The notes below the pieces were generated by a model. That model saw nothing but the letters and a program-made list of their open reading frames with translations. It did no database searches and had not been told where the DNA came from. This document shows positions 52,359 through 64,000 of a stretch of DNA of 64,000 bases, piece after piece (the stretch's first letter is position 1; each line of letters starts with the position of its first letter). The stretch covers positions 115,692,001 through 115,756,000 of the forward strand of contig OX597823.1 in assembly GCA_951406725.2 (NCBI GenBank), given 5' to 3'. Origin of the DNA: Octopus vulgaris (Eukaryota). The translations under genes were made by a program, and so were the position numbers.

Positions 52359-54059
52359 TTCTAGATAGTCAATAACTCTGAATATCATTTCACCCAAACC
52401 ACAATAACCTATTTAAGCTTTTACCAACATGTTGCTGACAATAAGCAGAAAGTAGTCTTCCCATGGCAATCAAATTGGCTGATAGTTTAACTGACAGCCT
52501 TATGCATATTAATAGCTAGATTAGGATGTTCCAACGATATCCCAACAGACAAGAAAACTGTGGCCATTATAATTTCAGAAAATTATTTTAGACACTACTT
52601 TTCATGTTATTGGTAAAATTAGCTTCCAGATGCTTGCAATGTGTGTGTCTGTGCATGATTGTGTGTGTGTGTGTGTATGTGTGTTTGTGTGTGTGTGTGA
52701 GTGTGTGTGAGTGTGTGTATGTGTGAGTGTGTGTGTGTTTGTGTGTATGTGTGTGTATGTGTGTGTGTGTGTTTGTGTGTTTGTGTGCGTTTGTCATGCT
52801 GCTGGCATTTCAAAGTTTGTCAATGAAATGTATAGTTCATAGTTCTCAGTGAAAATAGAAATGATTTCTGTTACTTGGAAAAACATGCACCTCTTTTTTT
52901 TATGGTTAATCCTGAAACCAAATAAATTCAAGACATTTTCTTTCCTTTGAAGCAATATTTATTGATGTAAAAACAATTTCAGTCGATCTAGATTTTGTCT
53001 AGATGCCTGTCCTGCTTCCTTGCCACGTTTGCTGGTTGTTTTACTGGTTATATGCAAGCTCTGTGTCTATATTCCTTGGAATCTTTTCATAATTAATAGT
53101 CCAAGGGGGATACCTTTTAAGTTTAATGCTGTACATAGCTAACAGTGCTATTAACCAAACACTATTGTTGTTGTAGTTGTTGCTGTTGTAGTTGTTGCTG
53201 TTGAGTGAAGCGGTCTTCTTCCCAGAGCTCACAAGATCACGCCTCTGTAGTGGGAGAAGTCTGGTCAACCCCCAACACCAAGAGCATCGACGGATGGATG
53301 AATGCGCATCCAGGCTCAGCGGTTGCGTAGGATGTCGGGGACAAGAAACAGGAAGAAAGAGTGAGAGAAAGTTGGGGTAAAAGAGTACAACAGGGGTCGC
53401 CACAACACCCTGCCGGAGCCTAATGGGGCTTTAGGTGTTTTCGCTCAACAAACACTCACAATGCCCGCTCTGTGAATCAAAACTGCAATCCTCCGACCGT
53501 GAGTCCGCTGCCCTAACCATTGGGCCATTGCGCCTCCACTGCTGTTGCTGTTGTTGTTGTTAAGCAGCAAGACAAGTAAGGGTAATTAGGTGATGGTCTA
53601 GGGTTTAGGGGCGGGAGACCCCTGACCTTGGAAAAAAAAACCTTTGGTCTTCTTGTTGTAGTCAAGGGCTCTTCATTGACGCCCGACACCACTGGGAGGT
53701 GGCCCTCGAAGTCACTGGAAATGGAGATATCCAAGTCCAAATTCTTGAATGGCTACTGTTGCTGCTGCTGCTGCTGTTGTTGTTAAACCATAGGCTGATC
53801 ACCAAGCATGATTATCCTTACATTTTGGGGACATCATGTACTATATTATCTAATGTGTCCTTCCTATTCTTTACTTAGTAGTTTGGGATTGGCTGCTCTT
53901 TTGAGCGGATTCTGTGACTATCTAGAAGCACCTGTGATTAAAAAATGAAAATAATTACACCCAAATCTAGAGATGCTTTTAGTATGTAATTATATTTATA
54001 ATTGGAGAATGAGATTTTGACTTGCTTTGGATAAAAATATCTTTAACATTATTATCATT

Positions 54060-54063
54060 ATAA

Positions 54064-54094
<31 letters not shown>

Positions 54095-54335
54095 TATTAT
54101 TGACTGAGACAGCAGTGCATGCCATCAAAGTGACACTGGGGTAAAATATATGAAACCCAGTATACCCATCATGACTACCCATTTGATAAGGGTTCACTAG
54201 GCACAACATGGTGATCTCATATCAAGATAAACAGCACATGACCTTGCAGGTGGGGCCCAGTTAGAATTTTCTTCAGGTCAAGTAGCCTATCCCACTCAAA
54301 AAGCTCCCTGAATAAGGTTTGTTTAGGGATGATGC
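54060..54335 (-). mobile_element. Family D repeat, 5'-truncated copy
   Basis: Reverse complement of the 3' ~240 bp of family D plus the (AAT)n tail. Confidence 0.8.
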
Positions 54336-55297
54336 CCAACATTTAGGGATGATGCCATGAGGCCCAATGTTTTTACCTGCTACCAGCATGGGTACCTGTT
54401 ACATGACACTTGCATTGGCCAGTTTAGTTTATTTGGGTTAAGGGTTTCTTTAGATATTTGCATGCATTAAGCCGTTTCAATTAAAGGGTGGACAATACTC
54501 CGTAAACTAACTGGAATAGAATATGATATGAAATGACTGTATGTATGTGTGTGTATGTGTGTGTGTGTATGTGTTTTGAAGAGACAAAATGGAGACACAT
54601 TGAAAATACATTTACTTCACTTATGGATACATCTTTCTGGTGTCTGTAAATTATATAAGAATGATTCAAGATCGTTATTTCTGTCGAATATTTGTATAGT
54701 TGGCTATTATTTTGAATTATTTTTTCATTCTTCATAGAAGTATAAGAACAATATCTTATAGAATTGTCAGTATTGGCTCCAAATTTAGTAATACATATAA
54801 AATCATACACTTACCGAAATAGCCGCTTATCTATTTAGGCATATAATCTATATTAGTAACAGATATTCTACAATTTCTTCCATAAATCAATGCTGTTTCA
54901 AAGCTAAAGTTATGCAAATATAAATTTCAATTGATTGATGGTATTGTTTGAAATTCAGAATTTTCATGATTATTTAAAGAAAGGCTGATTAAAAAAGGTC
55001 TTCGTGGCAAAAAAAAACAAAAAGAGAAAATTGAGAAAAATAATTTAAAAATATAAAAACAATATGTGCGTTAGTTATTTTTTTATTTTATTTTCTGTTT
55101 TAATTACAGTTCTTAATTTAAAAAAATGAAAATCATTTTTGAGGATAAATGTTTTGAATTGCATTATAGCTGGGAAAAGTTTTACCAAATGGCTTCTTTC
55201 ATACTTTCTTATCTTTCTCAACCTTTTTCATATTTTATCTTGGAAATAAAATTTCCTTCAAAATTTGAAGTAACTAGCAATATACATATATACATAC

Positions 55298-55359
<62 letters not shown>

Positions 55360-57543
55360 GCATGCATACATACATACAGACATACATACATACAGACATG
55401 TGTAATCTTAAATTTTTGAATAAATTTTGTCAAAAACATCTGGCTGATATTGCAGTAGAGCTTTTCCTTCCAAACATTCTTTTCAATTTAAGAAAAAAAA
55501 CTTAATGTAATAGATATGCTTGAAATATATTTATTCAGCAATTTTTTAGCGTTATATGTATTTTTTATTGAATTATGGAGATAAAAGCATTGCTTTCTGC
55601 TAGTATAGTTGAACATTATCACTTTATCAGGAAGATAGTTGTCAGACAACCTCACTTAAGTGTTAACACAGTCTGCAGATTATATATATTTGTGCTACGG
55701 TTATCTTTAACTAGTATAACGTCCCATATCGATTTCTGTTATCCTTGATCTTTGATCCCCAAATTTTCATATGCACACACACACAAACACATACACACAC
55801 ACACACATATAAGTAGATACGTCTTGTGTCTTGGGAGATTCACAAATATGAAATGTGTGTGTATATATATATGTATATATATATATGTATATATATTGTT
55901 TGTAGAAATACGAAATACATGAATCCAGAGGAGAAGCACACTCTAAGATGTTGAGCAGTTAATATTATAGTGGGGTAGGCCTGTTTATGGGGTTCTCTGG
56001 GTTTCTTGTTCATAAGGGGTTTAGCCTTATGCCATATCCCCAGACCCCAAATACTGCTGGCCTGAGACCTCTTTAAATTATGGACAGGGAAAAGCCTTGC
56101 TTTTAAGGGTAAAACGCTAGGTGATTATCTCCCTTATCGATCTTTGGCTGCACTGCCATCTTGTGGTCACCAAAGTACCACAAAGGTAAACGATTGTCTC
56201 CCTTCGGCCTTGGCTATCTGTTTCCAGCTGTGGTGCCACCAAGCAGATTCCCAAAGGCCAGCAGAATTTCTTTTATAAGGCAAAAATATCCAATCTTTCT
56301 GCTATTTTCATAGCTGTACTGCATTTGAAATTTACTTTCTTCTCTGTAAAATACCAAACACATTCTATGCTGCCAAAGTTTGTTCATGAAATGTTGTCAC
56401 ATATATGTATGTACGTACGTACGTACATATGTATGTAAGTACGTACCTACATATGTATGCATGTATGTCATTATTCATTTTTATTTCAAGATTTCTCGCC
56501 AATAGAATCACTTTCTAACCTCAATCTAAGGCTCCTTCATTGGAATTCCAACATCAACAACAGGGTATTTTTGTATGTATGCATGTGTGTATGTATGTAT
56601 ATACACACACACACACACACACACACAATGCATGTGTACATCTCCAATAACAGAATTATATTTGCTTTTAAGAGTGATCACTCAGGTTAATTTTCTGTTT
56701 GTTGTAAAATATTTCCCATCTCAGCATTCTCCGACCATTTGCTCATATTGTCACGATTCTCAGAACCCTGCATATTTCCATGTTTCTTCATACCACTTTC
56801 ATGTAATTTAGAATCTGATTCATTCCATGAAGTGGTCATGTGATGTGTTCTTGTTTACATTGCTTGATGTCAACAGAATGTGCTTTCTTTGATGTGACTA
56901 CCATGTGACTAACTGGAACATATCATTATTATTCTGTCTGTAAGCAAAACCATAGTTTACTATAAACACGGAGCCATAGCGTTTGAGAAATAGATGAGAG
57001 GACATTGTCATTATCATGTCCATTACATAAGTGAGAGATTGTTGAGATGATTAGTCTGTAATGTCCCTTATTCTAAGTTAATTAGTTTGTTTCATCAATC
57101 ATCATAATCATCGTTATCGCTAACATATGATATATATTTGATTGTACAGGCAAGTTTGAATGTCTTTTCAGTATGTCTATTGATTTCTAGGTCTTCAAAT
57201 TGCTACAAATTACTTTGAATAGGAAAATATATTGAATTATTTCTCAGAAAATTTCTAGAAGCTTCTTGGTTCACTATATAAAATTTCTATTTCACATTGA
57301 TTTTTTCATTATAAATAAACTTCTGGAAAATGTAAGTTTTGAATATAATTTTATATTGAAACCCAAGAGAAAAACATTCTGCTGCTATCATGGTAGCATA
57401 TCTATAGAAGCTATTAGGTTTAAATAAGTTTCTAAGATTTTCAGGATAAATAGTCATTTAATAGTCCAAAATGTATTTTGTAAGTTTTCAATAAATAATC
57501 TTTATTTTGTAAGTATTATACATAGGCCCCCACCATGTGTAAG

Positions 57544-57583
<40 letters not shown>

Positions 57584-57587
57584 CGTA

Positions 57588-57800
57588 TTGGGTTGGAACA
57601 AAAGTTCACATATTTTTTTTAAGTAAAATTCAAAATCAATATTTAGATATATGTATATATCTTTATTCAACCACACATATCCCATTTTGTTCCACTATCT
57701 TTTGGCATCTTTGATGCAGTTTCATGATCCCATCCCCCCCAGAGCTTGGCATCTTTCTGGGTCATGAACTGGTCTAAGTGGTTTTTACATTCTTTCTGTT
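57588..57800 (-). mobile_element. Mariner 3' end fragment
   Basis: TA|TTGGGTTGGAACAAAAGTTC TIR-like end. The minus strand reads DGIMKLHQRCQKIVEQNGICVVE*, resembling the mariner C-terminus GIxKLxxRWxKxxxxxG. Confidence 0.72.
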
Positions 57801-58853
57801 TTGGCAGGATTTTCACAGCTGTATGCCCTTCCTAACACCAACCACTCAGCAGAGTGTACAATATTTAGTACTTGGGATACAGATAATGCATGGTGGGAAG
57901 GCACATGGCTTAGTGGTTAGGGTACTCAGCTCGTGATCACAAGGTCATGAGTTTGATTCCTGGTGGTGCCTTGTGCTATTGAGAAGACAGTTTATTCCAT
58001 GCTGCTGCTGCAGTCTACTTACCTGACAAAAATGAGCTTTACCTGTAAATCAAAAGGCTACCTTTGTCAAATTTTGTGTCACACTGAATCTATCAGAGAA
58101 CTACGTTAAGGGTATGTGCATCTGTGGAATACTCAGCCACTGGGATGTTAATTCTATGAGCAGGCTGTTCGATTGACTCTTGTCATCATAACTAACAAAG
58201 TGCCAGTATCTTTTTTGTTTTTGTTCATGCACCGTATTATGGTTGGCATCCTTTTGTCTTGGGAAACAATGGAGTTGCACATAAAATAATCCAGTCTGCC
58301 TTTTACATTCCATGTCCTTTACAGCTCCTGCTGTGGCTGTGTATTCCTATCCTGGACAAACACTCCCTCTGGCAGGTGATGCAGATGTCTTCCCATGTTT
58401 TTCTGCCACTTTTTACAGCAGCACTGAAGTGTCCTCTCCAGTTTCCTCTCCAGTTTTGCGCAGGCCTGGGCTAAATGTAAGAAAATCCTGGATAGCCCAA
58501 TCGTCAGGATTCCTCTCTCGACCTTGCTGATGTAGTCCAAAGGAGTGCAGAGCATTACGTTTGGCACCAGCTTGGTTGCAGGAGCTGCCTGAAGAGTGTT
58601 GAGTCAAATACTAAACTGCCTACGGGGCTCCACTCTGGATTTCTTTGAAGGTTGTCTCCTTTCCGTAACCCTGGGTAGGGGCCCATACTGGGTACTGTCA
58701 ACCGGAGCCAGCTGAGCCCGGAATTCATGTCACTCCCTGAAGTAGTGAAGAAACTCGCTACCCACTACCTAATGCACTGTGTTATAGTTGCGTATAATAC
58801 AGAATACTAGGACTGTGTATACATTGTAATAAGGGTATATATAATACATAGTG

Positions 58854-59105
58854 TGGAGGCACGTGGCTTAGTGGTTAGGGTGTCAGCATCATGATCGTAA
58901 GATTGTGGTTTCGATTCCTGGACCGGGTGACACATTGTGTTCTTGAGCAAAACACTTCATTTCACGTTGCTCCAGTCCACTCAGCTGGCAAAAATGAGTA
59001 ATGCTGCAATGGACTGGTGTCCCATCCAGCTGGGGAACACATACGCCATAGAAACCGGGAAACCAGGCCCAGGAGCCTGGCTAGGCTTGAAAAGGGCACA
59101 TTTAT
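58854..59105 (+). mobile_element. SINE family C copy
   Basis: Colinear with 41740-41995. Confidence 0.85.
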
Positions 59106-59444
59106 TTATTATTTATAATACATAGTATGAGGGGTATCTATAGGTATGTACAATACAAGGTGTTTTCCTTATGACAAAACAATATTATAATAAAGCTTAA
59201 GGTGGTGAGTGAGCAAAATTGTTAGCTGGGAAAAGGGCTTGGTGGCGTTTCATCTGTCTTCACATCCTGAGTTCAAATTCCACTGAGATTGACTTTGTCA
59301 TTCATTCTTTCAGGATCAATAAAATAAGTACCAGTTGAGTACACACAATCATCCATTAATTGGCATCATCATATCATAATAATAATAATAATAATAATAA
59401 TGATATTGATAATAATAATAATAATAAATAATAGAGACAAAAAG

Positions 59445-60641
59445 AGAGTACCTTTGGTGAATGATGAAAATACTAGCTTCAAAGCTGAATGCAATAAACT
59501 TATGTGCAGTTGCATTAGTGCAGTATGGTGCTAGAATTCTGAAGTGGACAAAGGAGGAGCTAAAGAAGATGGACAGGAAGTGAAGAGAGATCCTAACGAT
59601 GCATTAAGCCCATCATCCGCATGCAGACACTGTTCACCTATACATGAAGAGAGCAACTGGCGGAAGTTGACAGACAAGTGTGGAAGACTGCATATGTATT
59701 GCACTTGAGAGCTTAATGAGATACCAAGCTCAAAGTAAGGAAACCTTGCTAATGTCAGTTAGGAAGATGGAGTACTGAAAGCAGAGAAAAAAAAGGAAAA
59801 ATGAGGGAAGTACAAGAAGCACACGAAGAAGAAATATGAAACAAGGGACAACACAATCATATAGCCATAACAGAAGTTGCTGGAAAAATAGGTGGGATTG
59901 GCTGATGAAAGGAACATTAAAAAAGAGACCGAGAGCACTATACTGGCAGTGCAAGACCAAGCTTTAGCCACGAACTGGAGGGTCAACCTTTGGAAAGAGC
60001 AAGTTGATGAAACTGCTGCCCATATCTCAAATGCACGCCCTAGACTTGCCTCAAACGACTACAAGTTGTGGCAATATGATCAGGTAGCAAAAGTGCTACA
60101 TTGGAAACTGTGTGAAAAGTAGGGGCTAGAGAGAGGCAAGGCATGGTATGAACACAAACCGCAGAGAGTGGTGGTGTTGGAGGAGAGCAAAATCTGCTGG
60201 GATTTTCCTGATTTAAACAGGTCAGGTGCTACATTACAGACTGGACTTATTGGTGGTCGGCAAGATGCACCACATGTGCCATGGAGTTGATGCTGCATGT
60301 CCCTTTTACCCACGAATAGTCAAGAAGGAAGGCAAAGAAAAGATAAATACAACCCTCTTAAGTATGAAATAGCCTGGCTATGGAAAATGAAGAAGGTGAA
60401 GATAATGCCAAATATTGTTGGGTCCTCTGGGACAGTATCAGAAGGCATCAAGAGGATTATAAAGGAAATTGGAATAGAGTGCCCAGTAGAAATGTTACAA
60501 AAGGTTTGCCTCCTTGGCACGGCCAGAATAATCAGGAAAGTATTAGAAAAGAACAAATAGCATGGTGCCATAGGCTGCAGATAATAAGCCTGCTATGCAT
60601 GCAAGACTCCAGGAGCTCAAACAAAACCTGTGATAAAAAGA

Positions 60642-60677
<36 letters not shown>

Positions 60678-60680
60678 AAC
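59445..60680 (+). mobile_element. Decayed R4/Dong-clade LINE 3' fragment
   Basis: KWTKEELKKMDRK..HHPHAD..LYMKRATGG, KKETESTILAVQDQAL, HISNA..DQVAKVLHWKLC, KDKYNPL, LQKVCLLGTARIIRKVL. Flanked by (AAT)n on both sides. Confidence 0.85.
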
Positions 60681-60979
60681 AAGAACAACAAATGATGATG
60701 ATGAAGATGATGATAATAATCCTTTCTATTATCAGCACAAGGCCTGAAACTTCAGAGGAGGGGAGTAGTCAGTTACATCAACCCCAGTATTTAACCAGTA
60801 TTTATTTCATTAACACCAAAAAGATGGAAGGCAAAGTTGACCCAGGAGGAATTTGAACTCAGAATGTGGTGACAGGTGAAATACCACTAAGCATTTCATC
60901 TGGCATGTTAACAACAACAGCAGCAACAATGTGATAAAAATAAAACTACTGAATGATGATGATGATGATGATGATGTTG

Positions 60980-61531
60980 AAATGCCCTGATGCAGTCCCA
61001 GGCACTGAACCTCATGGCTTTTGATCTTAACTGATTGGAAGTGTTATCATGTACATTATTTTGTCTTGGTATAAAAGATGGCCTACAGCAAACATTCTGC
61101 TCAATACCACAGATTTGCTTGTCAGCTGTTTGACCTTAACCGGTTGAGCATGTCCCTTAGTGGCTGACGATATGCACATCTCTGATCACAAGCAGATGTA
61201 TTGGGGGAGCATCATAGCCATGTGTTGAAAGGAATTCTTGGAGGTTTGGATAATTCACCTTTGGAAACATGGGTGTGCTGTTCAACATCCTTAAACAAGC
61301 TTTATTCGGGGACCTTTGGAGTGGGATGGGCTACTCAACCTGAAGAAAATTCTAACTGGGCACCACCTGCAAGGTCATGTGCTGTCTATCTTGATATGAG
61401 ATCACCATGTTGCACACATTTGATTGTGATGATGATGTGCTTGGTGTACCCTTATCAAACAGACAGTCATGATGGGGCTTCATATATTTTACCCTAGTGT
61501 CACTTTGATGGCAAGCATTGCTCTCTCACTC

Positions 61532-61572
<41 letters not shown>

Positions 61573-61575
61573 TAA
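60980..61575 (+). mobile_element. Family D repeat, full-length copy
   Basis: Begins AAATGCCCTGATGCAGT and ends CTCTCTCACTC(AAT)n, as in the copy at 127. Confidence 0.85.
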
Positions 61576-62049
61576 TCCTTTCTATTATAGGCACAAGGCC
61601 TGAAATTTTGGGGGAGGGGACTAGTCAATAACTTTGACCCCAGGGCATAACTGGTACTTAATTTATCAACCCTGAAAAGATGAAAAGCACAGTCGACCCC
61701 AGTGACATTTGAACTCAGAACATAGTGACAGATGAAATACCACTAAGCATTTCATCTGATGTGCTAATAATAATAATTATAATAGTAATAATAATAATAA
61801 TAATAGTAATAATAATGATTATGATGATAATAATAATGATTATAATTAATAATAATATTCCCAAAACTTTGTGTATGTATTTTAGATTCTTGAAGCTAGT
61901 TGGTTTATCAATGTTGGATGGAAATTCATCGAATTCCTAGTTTAAATATTTCATTTGGAAATATGATTACTTTAATCTCTTCATAATTGCCAGAAAGATT
62001 CATAACGTACAATATATTACTGTAAATATAGCAGAGTAAATGCTATATT

Positions 62050-64000
62050 GATGGTCGAAAGAGTGAAATTAGAGACCTTGTTCGATCGATAAATGAATGA
62101 TATTTTAAGAATGTCTCCATGAAAACATAGCCAGGTAGAAACTATAGTTGTTTGTTGTTGTAATAATTATTGTTTTATAGCAAAATGCAATGTATACAGT
62201 ACTAAGCCTGCTCAGATTTAACAATTTGTATTAAATTATTTTAAAATTAAAACTTCATTTAAATCAGGTTTAACCAGTTCATTTATTCCTTTTGAACTGA
62301 TTTTGGTATTCATTAAAGACAATAGAAAAAGCAAATAGAATTGCTAAGAGAAATATTAATGGTTTTATGGAAGAATGAGGGAAATTTTCAATAGCAAGAA
62401 CTCAGAGGAAATCTAGAATTAGTTCCACAAGAATCGTAGTAAATATACCATGAATCAGGAATCCAAAATGAAGCATTCTAAAGAAATAATTGGCACTATT
62501 AGTTACATGGTGCAATAATGTGGTGCAGAGTTATTGCACAAAACACAGAAGTTGATGCTGTCGAGTTATTTTTATTAGACGTTTACTATAGAAACTCTGG
62601 AAATTGTAATCTGAGATTAGATCTTAGATATCTCTCCACACAGTCATAAAAATATAGCAGCATTCAGCTAATATCATTTATAACATTAACCTCCAGCATA
62701 TATTTATTGATTAATTTTGGCAGAATTTAGGGGAAAAGATTTTTGCTGCTGCAGAAAGCAAGTTTGAAAAACTGTTCCGTTGCAGATGTGTGTGTGTGTG
62801 TGTGTGTGTGTGTGGAAACATAGTTGAGTGATTGTGGAGACACACGGAAACTCTGAGAACTAGCCTGCTTTAGTTTTCTTTCTGGGTATCATCTACTTTT
62901 ATTGGTTTTCGATTTAAGCAAATGAGGCAGAAGGATGACATTACCTGTTCTTTGCCTATAAAAAGCCATGCTGGAACATTCTTTCAAGCTTTAAAACAGT
63001 TCTATCCCAATGATGTTCCACTTGGCTGAGCAATTACATGGTTTAGCAATTTCTATCTTGGAAGCCAATAGTTATAAAAGAAAAATGATAACTGTAATGT
63101 TTTTTTTTGTTTTTTTTTTATTTCTAGTATCTCTGAATGAGAATGTATTTTCTCTATGAAAAAGTAGTCATCTTTCTACTCGAAGTTAATGAGGGAAAAC
63201 TTGAAGTCGATCATGTTGGTCAAATAGCGGTCATGTTTTATTTTATTACTACTATTTCTATAGTACCACTTCATTTTTGTCATCTTTTAGTACAAGCTTC
63301 ATTATCTCTTCTGAAGACAGTGTCATAAAAAGAACCAAGTTAAAAATTAGAAAATATTAATGTATCTTCTTCAAAGCTTCATCATTTACTTCTTGCCATG
63401 TAGTTTGTGTGCTGTTATCAAATCATCTGAGCCTGCTAAATTGACTGAGAGGAATGTCAGATGCATTAGCAATAGATGGGGAACAGGTTCAACCACAGTC
63501 TGAATCAAATATTTTACTTTGTTCTGTGTATTCAGTTTTGTGGGGAAAAAGTGTTGGGTAGGAAGATATTGTAAATCAGAAAGTGGAATTGGAATCATCA
63601 GTCGAATGTGCGAAACTATAATTCTAGCTTGGTGCCATCCATCATCCATATAGCCATAAAGCCATATTTTATATTTCATGGGGGGATTCTTGGTGATGTA
63701 TTTCCTATAAAGGAATCACAAATGTAATTTATTCAGTTTAATACAGAAGCTGGTATATAGAAGGATTTTAATTTTTGTTTGGTCTATGTGAGGAGATTGT
63801 ACTCAATTACTGGATGTTTTAGGTTGCAAAATAGGAGAAGTGAAAGTTGGTTAACATTCTTTGGAAATTGTTGCAAGTTAGGAGGGAAAATATTGGCAGG
63901 AAAGTAATTCTAGAGAGATCAATCTGTGAGTCAGAAGAGTTGGACAGAATGTTGAGTACGAGGTGTGGGAGATAAAACATTGTAAATTGTATCAAGGGAA
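62050..64000 (-). mobile_element. Highly decayed Penelope-like retroelement remnant
   Basis: Minus strand YMDDG at ~63638-63652 and IPLSQFSRLR* at 63423-63455, resembling Penelope RT YxDD and IPYSQFLRLRR motifs. Otherwise eroded, and the extent is uncertain. Confidence 0.42.

Noticed and set aside
56839-57125. Possible second solo LTR (TG...CA)
   Set aside because: Imperfect TSD and terminal repeats; not supportable.
63100-63170. Strong polypyrimidine + TAG acceptor as the possible next AGBL4 exon
   Set aside because: All three frames stop within ~35 nt, and there is no RVIFNIVNFSK-like sequence.

Overview
AT-rich, microsatellite- and transposon-dense eukaryotic DNA; the SINE repertoire and repeat style suggest an octopus (cephalopod) genome (inference, not database-checked). 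The window lies almost entirely within introns of one + strand host gene encoding cytosolic carboxypeptidase 6 (AGBL4/CCP6-like). Two exons are clear (6002-6127, 22267-22391), an upstream exon is probable (1798-1855), and I found no further exon in the remaining ~41.6 kb. The introns hold a near full-length DD34D mariner, a Helitron Rep/Pif1 fragment plus a complete non-autonomous Helitron, a decayed piggyBac with TTAA MITEs, R4/Dong, RTE, Tx1-like and Penelope-like retroelement fragments, a solo LTR, three tRNA-headed SINE families, and a processed NAD-isocitrate dehydrogenase regulatory subunit (IDH3G-like) pseudogene. Best leads: a type I hammerhead ribozyme with a complete core (29268-29313) plus other hammerhead-like palindromes, and a TSD-flanked ORF1-only (HAL1-like) retroelement (48674-50148). 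No CRISPR array, operon or true tRNA/rRNA gene was seen. Family assignments come from motif recognition by eye, and repeat boundaries are approximate unless TSDs or TIRs are quoted.
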